A DNA stretch of 64,000 bases, from assembly GCA_044892525.1 (NCBI GenBank), contig CM097885.1:25670001-25734000 (forward strand), in the 5' to 3' direction. Source of the DNA: Schmidtea polychroa. Taxonomy: Eukaryota. A program made the translations under genes and the position numbers. This document shows, piece after piece, positions 15,101 through 52,980 of the stretch. Position 1 is the first letter of the stretch. Each line of letters opens with the position of its first letter. The notes below the pieces were generated by a model that worked only from the letters and a program-made list of their open reading frames with translations, was not told the origin of the DNA and ran no database searches.

Positions 15101-18100
15101 ATTATTGAAAAAATTATTTAGTCAAATACATTACAAAGTTATCATCAAAAATCACTTAATTATTAACCTAATTGTCAATGAAATTAATTTTTATTTAAAA
15201 ACTATTCAATAAAATACAACTAATTATCAAGAAATTAATTAAATTTATCAATTAAATTTATCAGTCAACATGAAAGTTTTAGAAAATTGTTCAATATCCT
15301 CATAAAAATTTATCATATCACTTGATTATTGTAAAAACTCTAATTATTAACCTCATTGAAAATAATTTTTATTTAAAATTTAAAAAAAAACAAGTCAATA
15401 AAAATACATCCAATTATCAAGAAATTAATTAAATTTATCTTAGAATTAGCATTAAATTATTAAATATTCATTCAATAAACATCAAATTTGCAAAAATGTT
15501 AGAAATCCACAAAAATAATAGAAATTTACAAAAATCAAAGAAATTCACAAAAATGATAGAAATCCACAAAAATAATAGAAATTTACAAAAATGATAAAAA
15601 TTCATTAAAATGATAGATATCCACAAAAATTACTGATATTCACAAAAAATTATGGAAATTCACAAGAATAATAGAAATTCACAAAAAATGATGGAAATCC
15701 ACAAAAAACGATAAAAATTTACAAAAAATGATAGAAATTCATAAAAATGATAGAAATTTACTTGAATAAAACCATCAACTCTAAAAATTATCAATGAATG
15801 CCATACAAATTTGCCTAAATAATCATTCAAATAAAAGCATTAAATATCTTTACGACTAATACCCTTGCGACTTGTTGAATGTGAGTAGTACCCTTGTGAG
15901 CAATACCCATAGGGGGACAGAATATTTTGTCGGATAAACTCACAGTATATATTAATTAACTCATTCTTCATTGAATTAGTAAAATTATCATAATTTCGAT
16001 AAAAATTCTAATGTGGTAAGCAATGTAAAAGACAATTATTCTTTAAACTTTGATAAAATTAACAATGAAGGTGGTAAGAATCTTCATTAAAGTGAGGAAA
16101 TTACTCGATGATAAATTCAAATGGGTGAAAATAATTGGTAGAATAATTCATTAATGGATCATGAGAGGAAAATACTGAGAAGTAGTATAGATAAGATGAA
16201 GGTTGATAAGAATGGATGTATTGCAACTATTTTCTAAAAATTAACACTTTAATAAAAAAAAAACTTTTAAAACAAATATTTGTGGGGAAGTGAATAATTA
16301 ATCAAAATCGGCGGAATATAAGTAGAAAATCGGGGTGGGGGTTATAGGCGAATAATTAATGGAAATTCGAGGGGATATAAGTGAATAATTAATGGAGAAT
16401 CGGGGGAATATAGGAGATTAAATAGTGGGATAATGAGAATCGGTGGAATATAAGTGAGAAGGATATGTAATTGAAACTATTTTATTACGTAACAAGCCGC
16501 GACTAATTTATTACATAACAAGCAGTGAATGATATTTTACCAACATTATACATGGTATATAATTTTAATTTTAATTGTATTTTTAAATTGTATATATTTT
16601 CAATATCATTCTATTGTTTAATACCAATAATAAGTATAAAAAGTCTATAATGATTAATAAATTAATATCTTGTTAACATTTATCTGAAAATTTAAAAAAC
16701 TTTACTTAAGATTTAGTGAAATATTTAATTTTGATTGTATTTTATAAGACATATATTTGAGTATTAACTTATTTTGATTGAAGTATTATATTCAATATTA
16801 TGATGATTTTTTTTCTAAATTAAAATATTTTAGTGTAAAATAGTAAATTTAATAATGAATAGAATACAATATTAAAGGACTTTTTAAAAAGAAAAATTAC
16901 TTTCTATTACCTAATTCCATCATTAAGTTTAAAAAGTCTATAACTGGTAATAAATCAATTTCTTATTCACATTTTCTTATAAAACTTATATTTTTAAATT
17001 TAGTGTAAAGAATTTAATTTTAATTGTATTTTATAAGTCATTTATTTGAATATTTATCTTATTTTTATTGAAAGGAGTAATATAATTAATAATATGATAA
17101 TTGTTTTTGAAATATTTAGTGTAGAATAATAAATTTATTAATAAATAATTATTACAATATTAAAGGACTTATACAACAAAATTTTTTTCTTATTCCATAA
17201 AAAAGTTTTAAAGTATATAACTGGTAATAAATTAATTTCTCATTTACATTTATTTAAAAAAGCTTTACTTATAAAATTTATATTTTCTAAGACTTATATT
17301 TGAATATTAACTTATTTTGATTGAAAATGGTAATTGATTTAGAAATTATTTAGTGTAAACTAAAACATTTAAATTATTAAGGTATTAAAGTACCTATTCA
17401 AAAATTAAAAAAAAAAGACCTAATCAATAATTCTCAATAAAATACCATTCACAGCTTGTTATGTAATAAACTAGTCGCGGCTTGTTATGTAATAAAATAG
17501 TTTAAATTACATATCCTTCTCACTTATATTCCACCGATTCTCATTATCCCACTATTTAATCTCCTATATTCCCCCGATTCTCCATTAATTATTCACTTAT
17601 ATCCCCTCGAATTTCCATTAATTATTCGCCTATAACCCCCACCCCGATTTTCTACTTATATTCCGCCGATTCTCCATTAATTATTCACTTATATCCCCTC
17701 GAATTTCCATTAATTATTCGCCTATAACCCCCACCCCGATTTTCTACTTATATTCCGCCGATTTTGATTAATTATTCACTTCCCCACAAATATTTGTTTT
17801 AAAAGTTTTTCTTTTATTAAAGTGTTAATTTTTAGAAAATAGTTGCAATACATCCATTCTTATCAACCTTCATCTTATCTATACTACTTCTCAGTATTTT
17901 CCTCTCATGATCCATTAATGAATTATTCTACCAATTATTTTCACCCATTTGAATTTATCATCGAGTAATTTCCTCACTTTAATGAAGATTCTTACCACCT
18001 TCATTGTTAATTTTATCAAAGTTTAAAGAATAATTGTCTTTTACATTGCTTACCACATTAGAATTTTTATCGAAATTATGATAATTTTACTAATTCAATG

Positions 18101-21100
18101 AAGAATGAGTTAATTAATATATACTGTGAGTTTATCCGACAAAATATTCTGTCCCCCTATGGGTATTGCTCACAAGGGTACTACTCACATTCAACAAGTC
18201 GCAAGGGTATTAGTCGTAAAGATATTTAATGCTTTTATTTGAATGATTATTTAGGCAAATTTGTATGGCATTCATTGATAATTTTTAGAGTTGATGGTTT
18301 TATTCAAGTAAATTTCTATCATTTTTATGAATTTCTATCATTTTTTGTAAATTTTTATCGTTTTTTGTGGATTTCCATCATTTTTTGTGAATTTCTATTA
18401 TTCTTGTGAATTTCCATAATTTTTTGTGAATATCAGTAATTTTTGTGGATATCTATCATTTTAATGAATTTTTATCATTTTTGTAAATTTCTATTATTTT
18501 TGTGGATTTCTATCATTTTTGTGAATTTCTTTGATTTTTGTAAATTTCTATTATTTTTGTGGATTTCTAACATTTTTGCAAATTTGATGTTTATTGAATG
18601 AATATTTAATAATTTAATGCTAATTCTAAGATAAATTTAATTAATTTCTTGATAATTGGATGTATTTTTATTGACTTGTTTTTTTTTAAATTTTAAATAA
18701 AAATTATTTTCAATGAGGTTAATAATTAGAGTTTTTACAATAATCAAGTGATATGATAAATTTTTATGAGGATATTGAACAATTTTCTAAAACTTTCATG
18801 TTGACTGATAAATTTAATTGATAAATTTAATTAATTTCTTGATAATTAGTTGTATTTTATTGAATAGTTTTTAAATAAAAATTAATTTCATTGACAATTA
18901 GGTTAATAATTAAGTGATTTTTGATGATAACTTTGTAATGTATTTGACTAAATAATTTTTTCAATAATTTTCTAAGAATATTTACTCATTGATGAACTTT
19001 AAAAAACATAAGCTAAGAAACCAGTTAACTTACTTGAAATTTAGTTTCCTATTATTGCTTGAAAATGCTTGGTTGAATCGTTGAAGAATTATGTTCAATC
19101 AATATATATCATCTCTAGTATTTGATGGGTTAAATATTTGTAGAAAATTTTAGTGAATTTTGACCTTTCAGCGGGCTCTTACTACATAGCTTCTAAATTA
19201 TTTCAATGGAAGAATGTCTGGTGTCTATAACAGTTAAGTCATATTTTTGAATTTCTCTGAGGATTTTAAGAGGATTGATATATATTAAAAGGCTCAAGTT
19301 GGCGGAATCTTTAGGGAAAATAAGGGATATAATCGGATAGATGTTTAAAAGGGTAGAATTATTTGCTGAGAGATCGGATAAGATGGGATATTGTCGGTTA
19401 AATTTAATGAGGGATGGGTTAAGATGGGAATATATGATTTTTAAAGGGATATAGTCGGTTAGATTTAATGAGAGATCAGATAAGGTGGGAATATATGATT
19501 TTTTAATGGGGATATAGTCGGTTAATATGGGAAATATTTCATTTTAAGAAAGATATAGTCGGTTGCTTTTAATGAGGGATGGGTTTCGATGGGAATCTTT
19601 TGAATATTTACATGGGTAATGTTGGTAAAATATCAATGTTTTAAGGGAAATTGCAATTAGTCAGTTATGAATCACTAATAATTATATCGTTTTATTAGGT
19701 TGTGATTAATTCATTGTATATTAATTTAGATTTATGTTTTAGAACAATGTTTTATTAAATTTTCTTTTAATTATCCAGGGTTTTATTAAGTAGTGTTAAT
19801 GACCGATTTACTTGGTTTTGACAATGAAATATCAACTTTAAATTATTTTTATCTTTATTTAAGAGGGAGAATGACAAAAGTTGATAAATATGGACTTAAA
19901 ACATCGACTAAAAAAATTGATCTTTATTGGAAGAAATCTTGATTTTAATTAGTAATTAAATCGGTTGAATATTGGTAAAAATGATCATTTGAAGAAATAT
20001 ATTTTATTGAATGGATAAATCTTTCAATGGGACCTAGTCAGTTATATTGTAGTAATATTTATTTAAAATATCGAGTACAGTTATTAACAAAAAATTAATT
20101 ATAACCAGTTTTATCATTAGATTTTATAAATTATTTAGGGTTAATGACCAAATTATTTTACATGTTTTATAGGGAAATATTCGTGATAATAGGAATTAAA
20201 GTCATTTAAAGGGAATTTTAAGCAATCTTATTAGTCTGAGGTAAATATATAACCTTTTAAGGATATTTATCGATAAAATACTAATCTTAAAAGATAGAGT
20301 TATTTCAATGAAATTTGATGCTTTTTAGATGATTTTAGTGAAATATTTGTAATAATATGAATTAAGGGTAGAAATATAGTCATTTAAGGGATTTTAAGGA
20401 ATCTTGTTAGTTTGAGGTGAATATATGATCCTTAACAAGTATTTATCATTACAATACCAATCTTTACATATTGATATATTTGGGAGGAAATGAGAAATTG
20501 GAGAATTCACTAGGATATACCAATTATTGTCATTTAAATAAATTTACTGGTTTATTAGATGTTATCATTAGTTATCAGTGTCTTTTGGAATTTTATGATA
20601 ATTATTTTTATTGTAGATTGCTGACTTTGATAATTGTAATGAATTTATACTGATTTTTTTTGAATATATTGAGAAATCAGTCAATCAATTTGAGTACATG
20701 TATTACTTTTAAAAAAATACTTAAAATTAATTTTATTTCAATTAATTTATTCAATCTAAATCAATTATCTACTAGATCTTATCTTATTAATTTATTATCT
20801 TAGTTGATTCAACTTGAATGATCAATATTTTTTTTATTTACTTGATGACTAGAATTTTTTCCTGTCCATTAATTAAATTTTTATGATATTTATTTCGAAT
20901 ATTTTAAATTTTTACAATAATTTAATCAATTTTTACCTAGTTATTGATGCCTTGAGTTCAATTAATTTTCCATCTAATTTTTCAAGTGATGAGTATTTTT
21001 CTTTTAAAGATCAATTTGTTAGTACATAGTTGTTGGTTCTAGGTAGTTGGTTGTTAGTACTTGGTACTTGGTAGTTGGTATCTGATTGACTTTTTAGATT

Positions 21101-21919
21101 TTGATAAGAAAATAGTGTATGCGATGAAGAATATTTTTTTTATTTAATTGCTATTATTTTTATGTGTGGTTAGTTGATTGTTGGTACTTGGTATCTTGTT
21201 GTAAGTACTTGGTAGCAGGTATCTGGTTGTAAGTATCTAGTTGTAGGTTGATATTTGTTAATTTCTCGATGGGTTTTGATGGTGGTTGTTAGTACATGGT
21301 TGTAAGTGTTTAGTATTTAGTTGTTTGAGACTTGGTTGTTGGTACTTGTTAGGTGGTTAATGGGTAGGTTGGGGTTGAGAGTTAGCAATATCCTTTCGAC
21401 CAGTACCCTTACGACTAATACCCTTACGACCAGTACCCTTACGACCTGTACCCTTAGGGGGTCAAAACATCCTGTCGGATAAACTCAGAGTATATATAAT
21501 AAAACTGATCAACAATAAGTATTTATTGAATGCGATTTTTACTTTGCAATAATAAGTCAGTAGTTATCATTTAAAAGAAGAATGTTTTGTAAATTAGAAT
21601 TCATTAGTCTTTCATTGTAATTAAAATTATTTTGAATTCCACGTGGTGATGAGTTGTGGTTTTTTGATGAAAATCAACATTTTTGTTAAATTTGAAAAGG
21701 TTTTTCTAATGATTGTAATTAAATATATTTTTGAAGATAGATAAAAAATTAATTTAAAAAGCATTTCATAAAATACAATAAAGAATATTTAGTAGTTAGT
21801 TGTAAGTATCTGGTTGTTTGAGAGTTAGTTAGTACGTGGTATCATGGTGTAAGTATTTGTTAGCACCTAGTTAAAAAATAATCAGTAACTGATTGTTGGT
21901 AACGGTTGAATTATTAGTA

Positions 21920-21991
<72 letters not shown>

Positions 21992-23737
21992 CATTTAAAT
22001 TTCCATTTAAATTTTCATTAAAAATTACATTTCTCAAAAAAGTTGGTGGTTATTCAATCTTTTGATAATAAATTTAAAAATCTTACTTTAATTTACTTAT
22101 TACATTACTTATTTAAAAATTATTACTTTAATTAAATTCTTTAAAAATTATTACTTTAATTTACTTATTTAACTTTAATTTAATTTTTTAGAACATTGAT
22201 TACTTATTTTTAAAATTTGGACCTTAATTAACTTTAATTTAATTTTTTAACTTTAATTTACTTATCCTTAATTTACCTATTTATGCTTTATTACTTAATT
22301 TTACACCATAATTTACTAAACAACTAATTATAACCCTTATTTTCATATTTAACCAATAATTTCATGTGGTCATCTGGTTGTAAGTGTTTGGTATCTAGTT
22401 GACAGTACTAGGTATCTTGTACTTGGTTGTTAGTACTTGGTTGATAATGCTTAGTACCTGGTTGATGTTGGTTGTATGTACTTGGTATCTAGTTGTCAGT
22501 AACTAGTAGCTAGTTAATAGGTAGGTGGTTGTAGGTACTTGGTATCTAGTTGTTAGTATCTAGTTGTAGGTACTTGGTTGATAATGCTTAGTACCTGGTA
22601 TCTAGTTGTTAGCTGGTTGTTAGTACTTAGTTGTTGGTTGTAAGTAGTAGGTATCTGGTAGTTAGTTGTTAGCTGGTTGTTGGTTGTTAGTACTTGGTAG
22701 CTAGTTGTTAGCTGGTTGTAACTAGTTAATGGGTAGGTGGTTGTAGGTACTTGGTAACTGTTTGTTAGTATCTAGTTGTAGGTACCTGGTTGATGTTGGT
22801 TGTATGTATTTGTTACGTGGTTTTAGGTACTTGGTTGATAATGCTTAGTACCTGGTTGTTGTTAGTTGTTAGTACTTGGTAGGTCGTAGCTAGTTGTAAG
22901 TACTTGGTAGCTAGTTAATAGGTAGGTGGTTGTAGGTACTTGGTATCTAGTTGTTAGCTAGTTGTTTTTGGTTGTTAGTACTTGGTACCTAGTTGGTTGC
23001 TTGTTTTTGGTTGTTAGTAACTAGTTGTAAGTACTAGGTATCAGGTAACTGGTTGTTAGTACATGGTTGTAAGTGTTTAGTATTTAGTTGTTTGAAACCT
23101 AGTGGTTAGTACATGGTAGCTAATTAATGAGTAGGTGGGGATTGAGAGTGATCAATACCCTTACGACTAATACCCTTACGACCAGTACCCTTACGACCAG
23201 TACCCTTACGAACTGTACCCTTAGGGGGTCAAAACATCCTGTCGGATAAACTCAGAGTTTATATAATAAAACTGATCAACAATAAGTATTTATTGAATGC
23301 GATTTTTACATTGCAATAATAAGTCAGTAGTTATCATTTAAAAGAAGAATGTTTTGTAAATTAGAATTCATTAGTCTTTCATTGTTATTAAAATTATTTT
23401 GAATTCCACGTGGTGTTAGAGTTGACAATTATTCATTTTTTGATGAAAATCTACATTTTTGTTAAATTTAGACATTTTGAAAAGGTTTTTCTACTGATTG
23501 TAATTAAAATTATTATAGAAGCTGTATAAAAAATATTAATTTAAAAAGCATTTCATAAAATACAATAAAGAATATTTAGTTGATTGTAAGTAGTTAGTTG
23601 TAAGTATGTGGTTGTTTGAGAGTTAGTTAGTACGTGGTATCATGTTGAAAGTATTTGTTAGCACCTAGTTAAAAATATTTAGTAACCGATTGTTGGTAAC
23701 TGTTGAATTATTATTATTATTATTGTTATTATTATTG

Positions 23738-23818
<81 letters not shown>

Positions 23819-24398
23819 CATTAAAATTTCCATTTAAATTTTCATTATAAATTACATTTCTCAAAAAAAGTTGGTGGTTATTCAATCTTTTGATAATAAA
23901 TTTAAAAATCTTACTTTAATTTACTTATTTAGCTTTAATTTAAAATTTGAACCATTGGATACTTAATTTTAAATTTTGAACCTTAATTTACTTATTTAAA
24001 ATTTTTAACTTTAATTTACCTAATTATTATTTATTTCTTAATTTTACACCATAATTTACTTAACAACTAAATATAATCCTTATTTTCATATTTAACCAAT
24101 AATTTCATGTGGTCATCTGGTTGTAAGTGTTTGGTATCTAGTTGACAGTGCTTAGTACTAGGTAAGTTACTTGGTTGTTAGTACTTGGTTGATAATGCTT
24201 AGTACCTGGTTGATGTTGGTTGTATGTACTTGGTATTTCAAAATTTTCATCAAAAAATTTCAATTCTCAAACACCTTCTATTATTTTGTAATTAAATTTT
24301 AAAATCTTACTTTAATTTACTTATTACATTACTTTAATTTACTTATTTAAAAATTAATACATTAATTTACTTATTTAAAATTTTTTACCATTGATTAC
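9687..24398. repeat. Giant inverted repeat (palindrome): left arm 9687-16539, spacer 16540-17437, right arm 17438-24398
   Basis: 17438-24398 is the reverse complement of 9687-16539. Mirrored ORFs: 13416..13598(-) with 20471..20653(+), and 10200..10388(+) with 23679..23885(-). The arms differ by a 92 bp duplication, (AAT)n length and a few substitutions. Confidence 0.97.
16540..17437. repeat. Central spacer of the palindrome containing three decayed ~280-290 bp tandem copies
   Basis: aagtctataa…taataaat(t/c)aat starts at ~16641, ~16934 and ~17211, each followed by a similar atttg(a/g)atatt…cttattttgattgaa block. Confidence 0.75.
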
Positions 24399-25490
24399 TT
24401 AATTTAAAAATTTGGACCATTATTTACTGTAATTTAGTTTTTAAGAACTTAAATTTACTTTAATTCAAAAATTTGGACCATTATTTACTTTAATTTGAAA
24501 AATTTGAGCCATTATTTACTTTAATTGAAAAATCTGAGCCCATTAATTACTTTAATTCGAAAATATGAACCTTAATTTAATTTTTTAGGACCATAATTAA
24601 CTTTAATTTAATTTTTTAGGACCATTATTTACTTTAATTTAAAATTTTGAACCTTAATTTAGTTATTTGAGCCCATTCATTACTTTAATTGAAAAATCTA
24701 AGCCCATAATTTACTTTAATTCAAAAATTTGGACCATAATTTACTGTAATTTTAAAATTTGGACCATAATTTACTGTAATTCAATTTTTTTTAGACCATA
24801 ATTTACTGTAATATAATTTTTTAGAACCATAATTTACTGTAATTTAATTTTTTAGGACCATAATTACCTTATTTGAAAAATTTGAACCATAATTTACTTT
24901 AATTGAAAAATTTGGACCATTATTTACTTTAATTTAATATTTTAGAACCATAATTTACTTTAATTTAATTTTTAGAACCATTATTTACTGTAATTCAATT
25001 TTTAGAACCATTATTTACTGTAATTGAAAATTTTGAGCCATAATTTACTATAATTTAATTTTTAGAACCATAATTTACTTTAATTTTAAAATTTGGACCT
25101 TAATTTACTTTAATTTAATTTTTAGAACCATTATTTACTTTAATTTAAATTTTTGGACCATTATTTACTGTAATTTAATTTTTAAGAACCATAATTTACT
25201 TTAATTGAAAAATTTGGACCATAATTTACTTTAATTTAATTTTTTAGAACCATAATTTACTTTAATTTAAATTTTTGGACCATTATTTACTGTAATTTAA
25301 TTTTTAAGAACCATTATTTACTTTAATTTAAAAATTTGGACCATAATTTACTGTAATTTAAAAATTTGAGCCATAATTTACTGTAATTTAATTTTTAGAA
25401 CCATAATTTACTGTAATTGAAAAATTTGAGCCATAATTTACTTTAATTTAATTTTTAGAACCATAATTTACTTTAATTGAAAAATTTACC
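24399..25490 (+). repeat. ~30 bp AT-rich satellite (ccataatttactttaattgaaaaatttgga-like)
   Basis: More than 30 tandem degenerate copies of (g/a)accataatttact(t/g)taatt. Confidence 0.92.
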
Positions 25491-25970
25491 ACGTTTTTAG
25501 TGTAGACCACATATTTCTCAGGACCAAGGAGACTCACCTCACTATAGTCTGAAAAATCCTTGGCTTTTTTAGTGTAGACCGGCTTTTTGTATTGAAAATA
25601 TCCTGAGACCTTAAATTACCATGCTTTTTTAGTGGTAGTCGGATTTTTGTATTGAAAAAAAATTTTTGTATTGAAAATCGTAGGACCAACGAGACCCCCT
25701 CACTATAGTGTGAAAATTACCATGCTTTTTTAGTGGTAGTCGGATTTTTGTATTGAAAAAATTTTTTTTTGTATTGAAAATCCTAGGACCATCGTTTTTG
25801 TATAGAAAAAATGTTATTTGTATTGAAAATCCCAGGACCATCGTTTTTGTATTGAAAAATTTTTTTTTGTATTGAAAATCCCAGGACCATCGTTTTTGTA
25901 TTGAAAAATTTTTTTTTGTATTGAAAATCCCAGGACCATCGAGACCCCCTCACTACAGTCTGAAAAATTG
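25490..25970 (+). repeat. Subterminal repeat block (tttgtattgaaaa arrays; three cctcacta(t/c)agt(c/g)tgaaaa motifs)
   Basis: Repeated gtattgaaaatcccaggaccatcg units; cctcactatag-type motif at ~25536, ~25697 and ~25947. Confidence 0.85.
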
Positions 25971-25980
25971 CGTAATCAAA

Positions 25981-26049
25981 AGTTGCAGCAAAAAAAAAGT
26001 TGCAGCAGGGGGTCCCCCCCATTGCTGCGGTACGCTACTATCTACCTAC

Positions 26050-26050
<1 letters not shown>
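25981..26050. mobile_element. Putative right terminus of a giant non-autonomous foldback element (GC hairpin + AGTAG-type end)
   Basis: A hairpin gcagca-ggggg-t-ccccccc-at-tgctgc lies at 26002-26028. The sequence ends …ctactatctacctact and switches abruptly to (ATT)n at 26051. The other end is outside the window. Confidence 0.45.
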
Positions 26051-26092
<42 letters not shown>

Positions 26093-26155
26093 TTTATAAT
26101 TATTATTAATATGAATATAGTGATGATTTCTTGGTGTTAAAATAAGTAAGTAAAT

Positions 26156-26321
26156 GTTAAATAAGTAAATGATAATATATACCTTTTGCTGCAAAGTATA
26201 TATTTAATAAAATAAAATAATTTTCGATTATATAAAATTAATCGAAAAATAATATCATTTTTTAATTTTATTCAATATATACTTTGCAGCAAATGGCTTA
26301 TATTATTATTTACTTGTTTAA
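26156..26321. mobile_element. Small foldback / MITE-like inverted repeat
   Basis: ttgctgcaaagtatatatt (26186-26204) pairs with aatatatactttgcagcaa (26274-26292). Imperfect pairing extends both outward and inward (ttttcgatta/taatcgaaaa). Confidence 0.6.
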
Positions 26322-26381
26322 TATTAATATTATTATTATTAATATTGTTGTAAACAATTTCGCCCTAACGTAATCTTATAG

Positions 26382-51972
<25,591 letters not shown>

Positions 51973-52980
51973 ATCAATTTTTTTGCTTTAGAATTTTCGC
52001 AATTTTACTGTTTTATTGTTCTTGCTATAATCTTGAGACGTCTTTTGTAGCTTTCTATAGTGTCTTTGCATGTCTTTGATGATGATATTGACATTGCACT
52101 GATGTCACACTTGTTCTGAGCTGGTCTTCTTTTCTTTTGGTTATTTTCGTTCATTGCGCTGGATTATAGAGGTAATTATCGCTTTTATTATTGATTTCTG
52201 TTTAATTTGGTTGATTATTTATGATTATCGATTTTTCGGTTTTAAATTATGTTATTGCTTCCCTAGGCTGTTTTTATATGTGACATAATCAATTGTGATG
52301 ATTTGTTGTTGTGTTGTAACATTTTCTCATGATTTGATAATTGATTTTTTTGTTTTATTATTATTATATTCATTCTGGTGTGTGATTGGTTTAAATTCCT
52401 GTGATCAATTAATTTAATATATTTCCTGTACACTTATTGGCTGTTTTTATAATATATTTATGCCGCAGTATTTTTGAATTATACCGTGCAATATGATGCG
52501 AGTTGTCCAAATGAGTGCAAATCAATTAAAAATTTGAAAAATTTTGAATCGATTGGCGATCTCCAGGTAATGTAATTGCAAAATTATAAATTAAGTAAAT
52601 AAAATTTTGTTTACGGCATTAATCATCTCATATCGAAAACAAAATCTTCGATCTTGGCAGGCTTAACATTTCTCTGTGTTTTATTCTATATAACTGACGT
52701 TATAACTCACTGAATATGTTCGTACTGCATCAGGAATGGCACTGATCTACATTTGTTGGAGTGGAGAGTTAAGAGATAACTGGACAACCACGCTCGATTA
52801 TCAAAATGAACTTTACAAAATTTTATATGACGTCCTGGTGTATTTTGGCGCATAAAAGAAATATGTAAAAGTTAAGTTCATTCGTTTTAATTCTACTGTA
52901 ACCACGTATGCTACCAGGTGAAAAGCAAGAGACCATCTACAATTAAAAAAAGAAATTAAGTCATTTTGTATTGTTTAGAT

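Larger units (their letters stand above)
1..16362 (+). repeat. Head-to-tail macro-tandem repeat, ~6.67 kb unit, ~2.45 copies visible (continues left of the window)
   Basis: Sequence at 1 recurs at 6671 and 13346, and the same 60-aa ORF occurs at 71, 6741 and 13416. Copies differ mainly in (AAT)n length plus a few single-base changes. Natural unit junctions (…aattaatgg|taatcaatgg…) are at ~3017 and ~9687; the array ends at 16362. Confidence 0.97.

Noticed and set aside
1..24398. Strand-biased repeats as a mitochondrial insertion or rDNA spacer array
   Set aside because: No recognisable mitochondrial protein, tRNA or rRNA sequence in the unit.
25536..25706. ctcactatag resembling the T7 promoter (vector contamination)
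   Set aside because: Only a 10 nt match without TAATACGA, and it is part of a thrice-repeated local motif.
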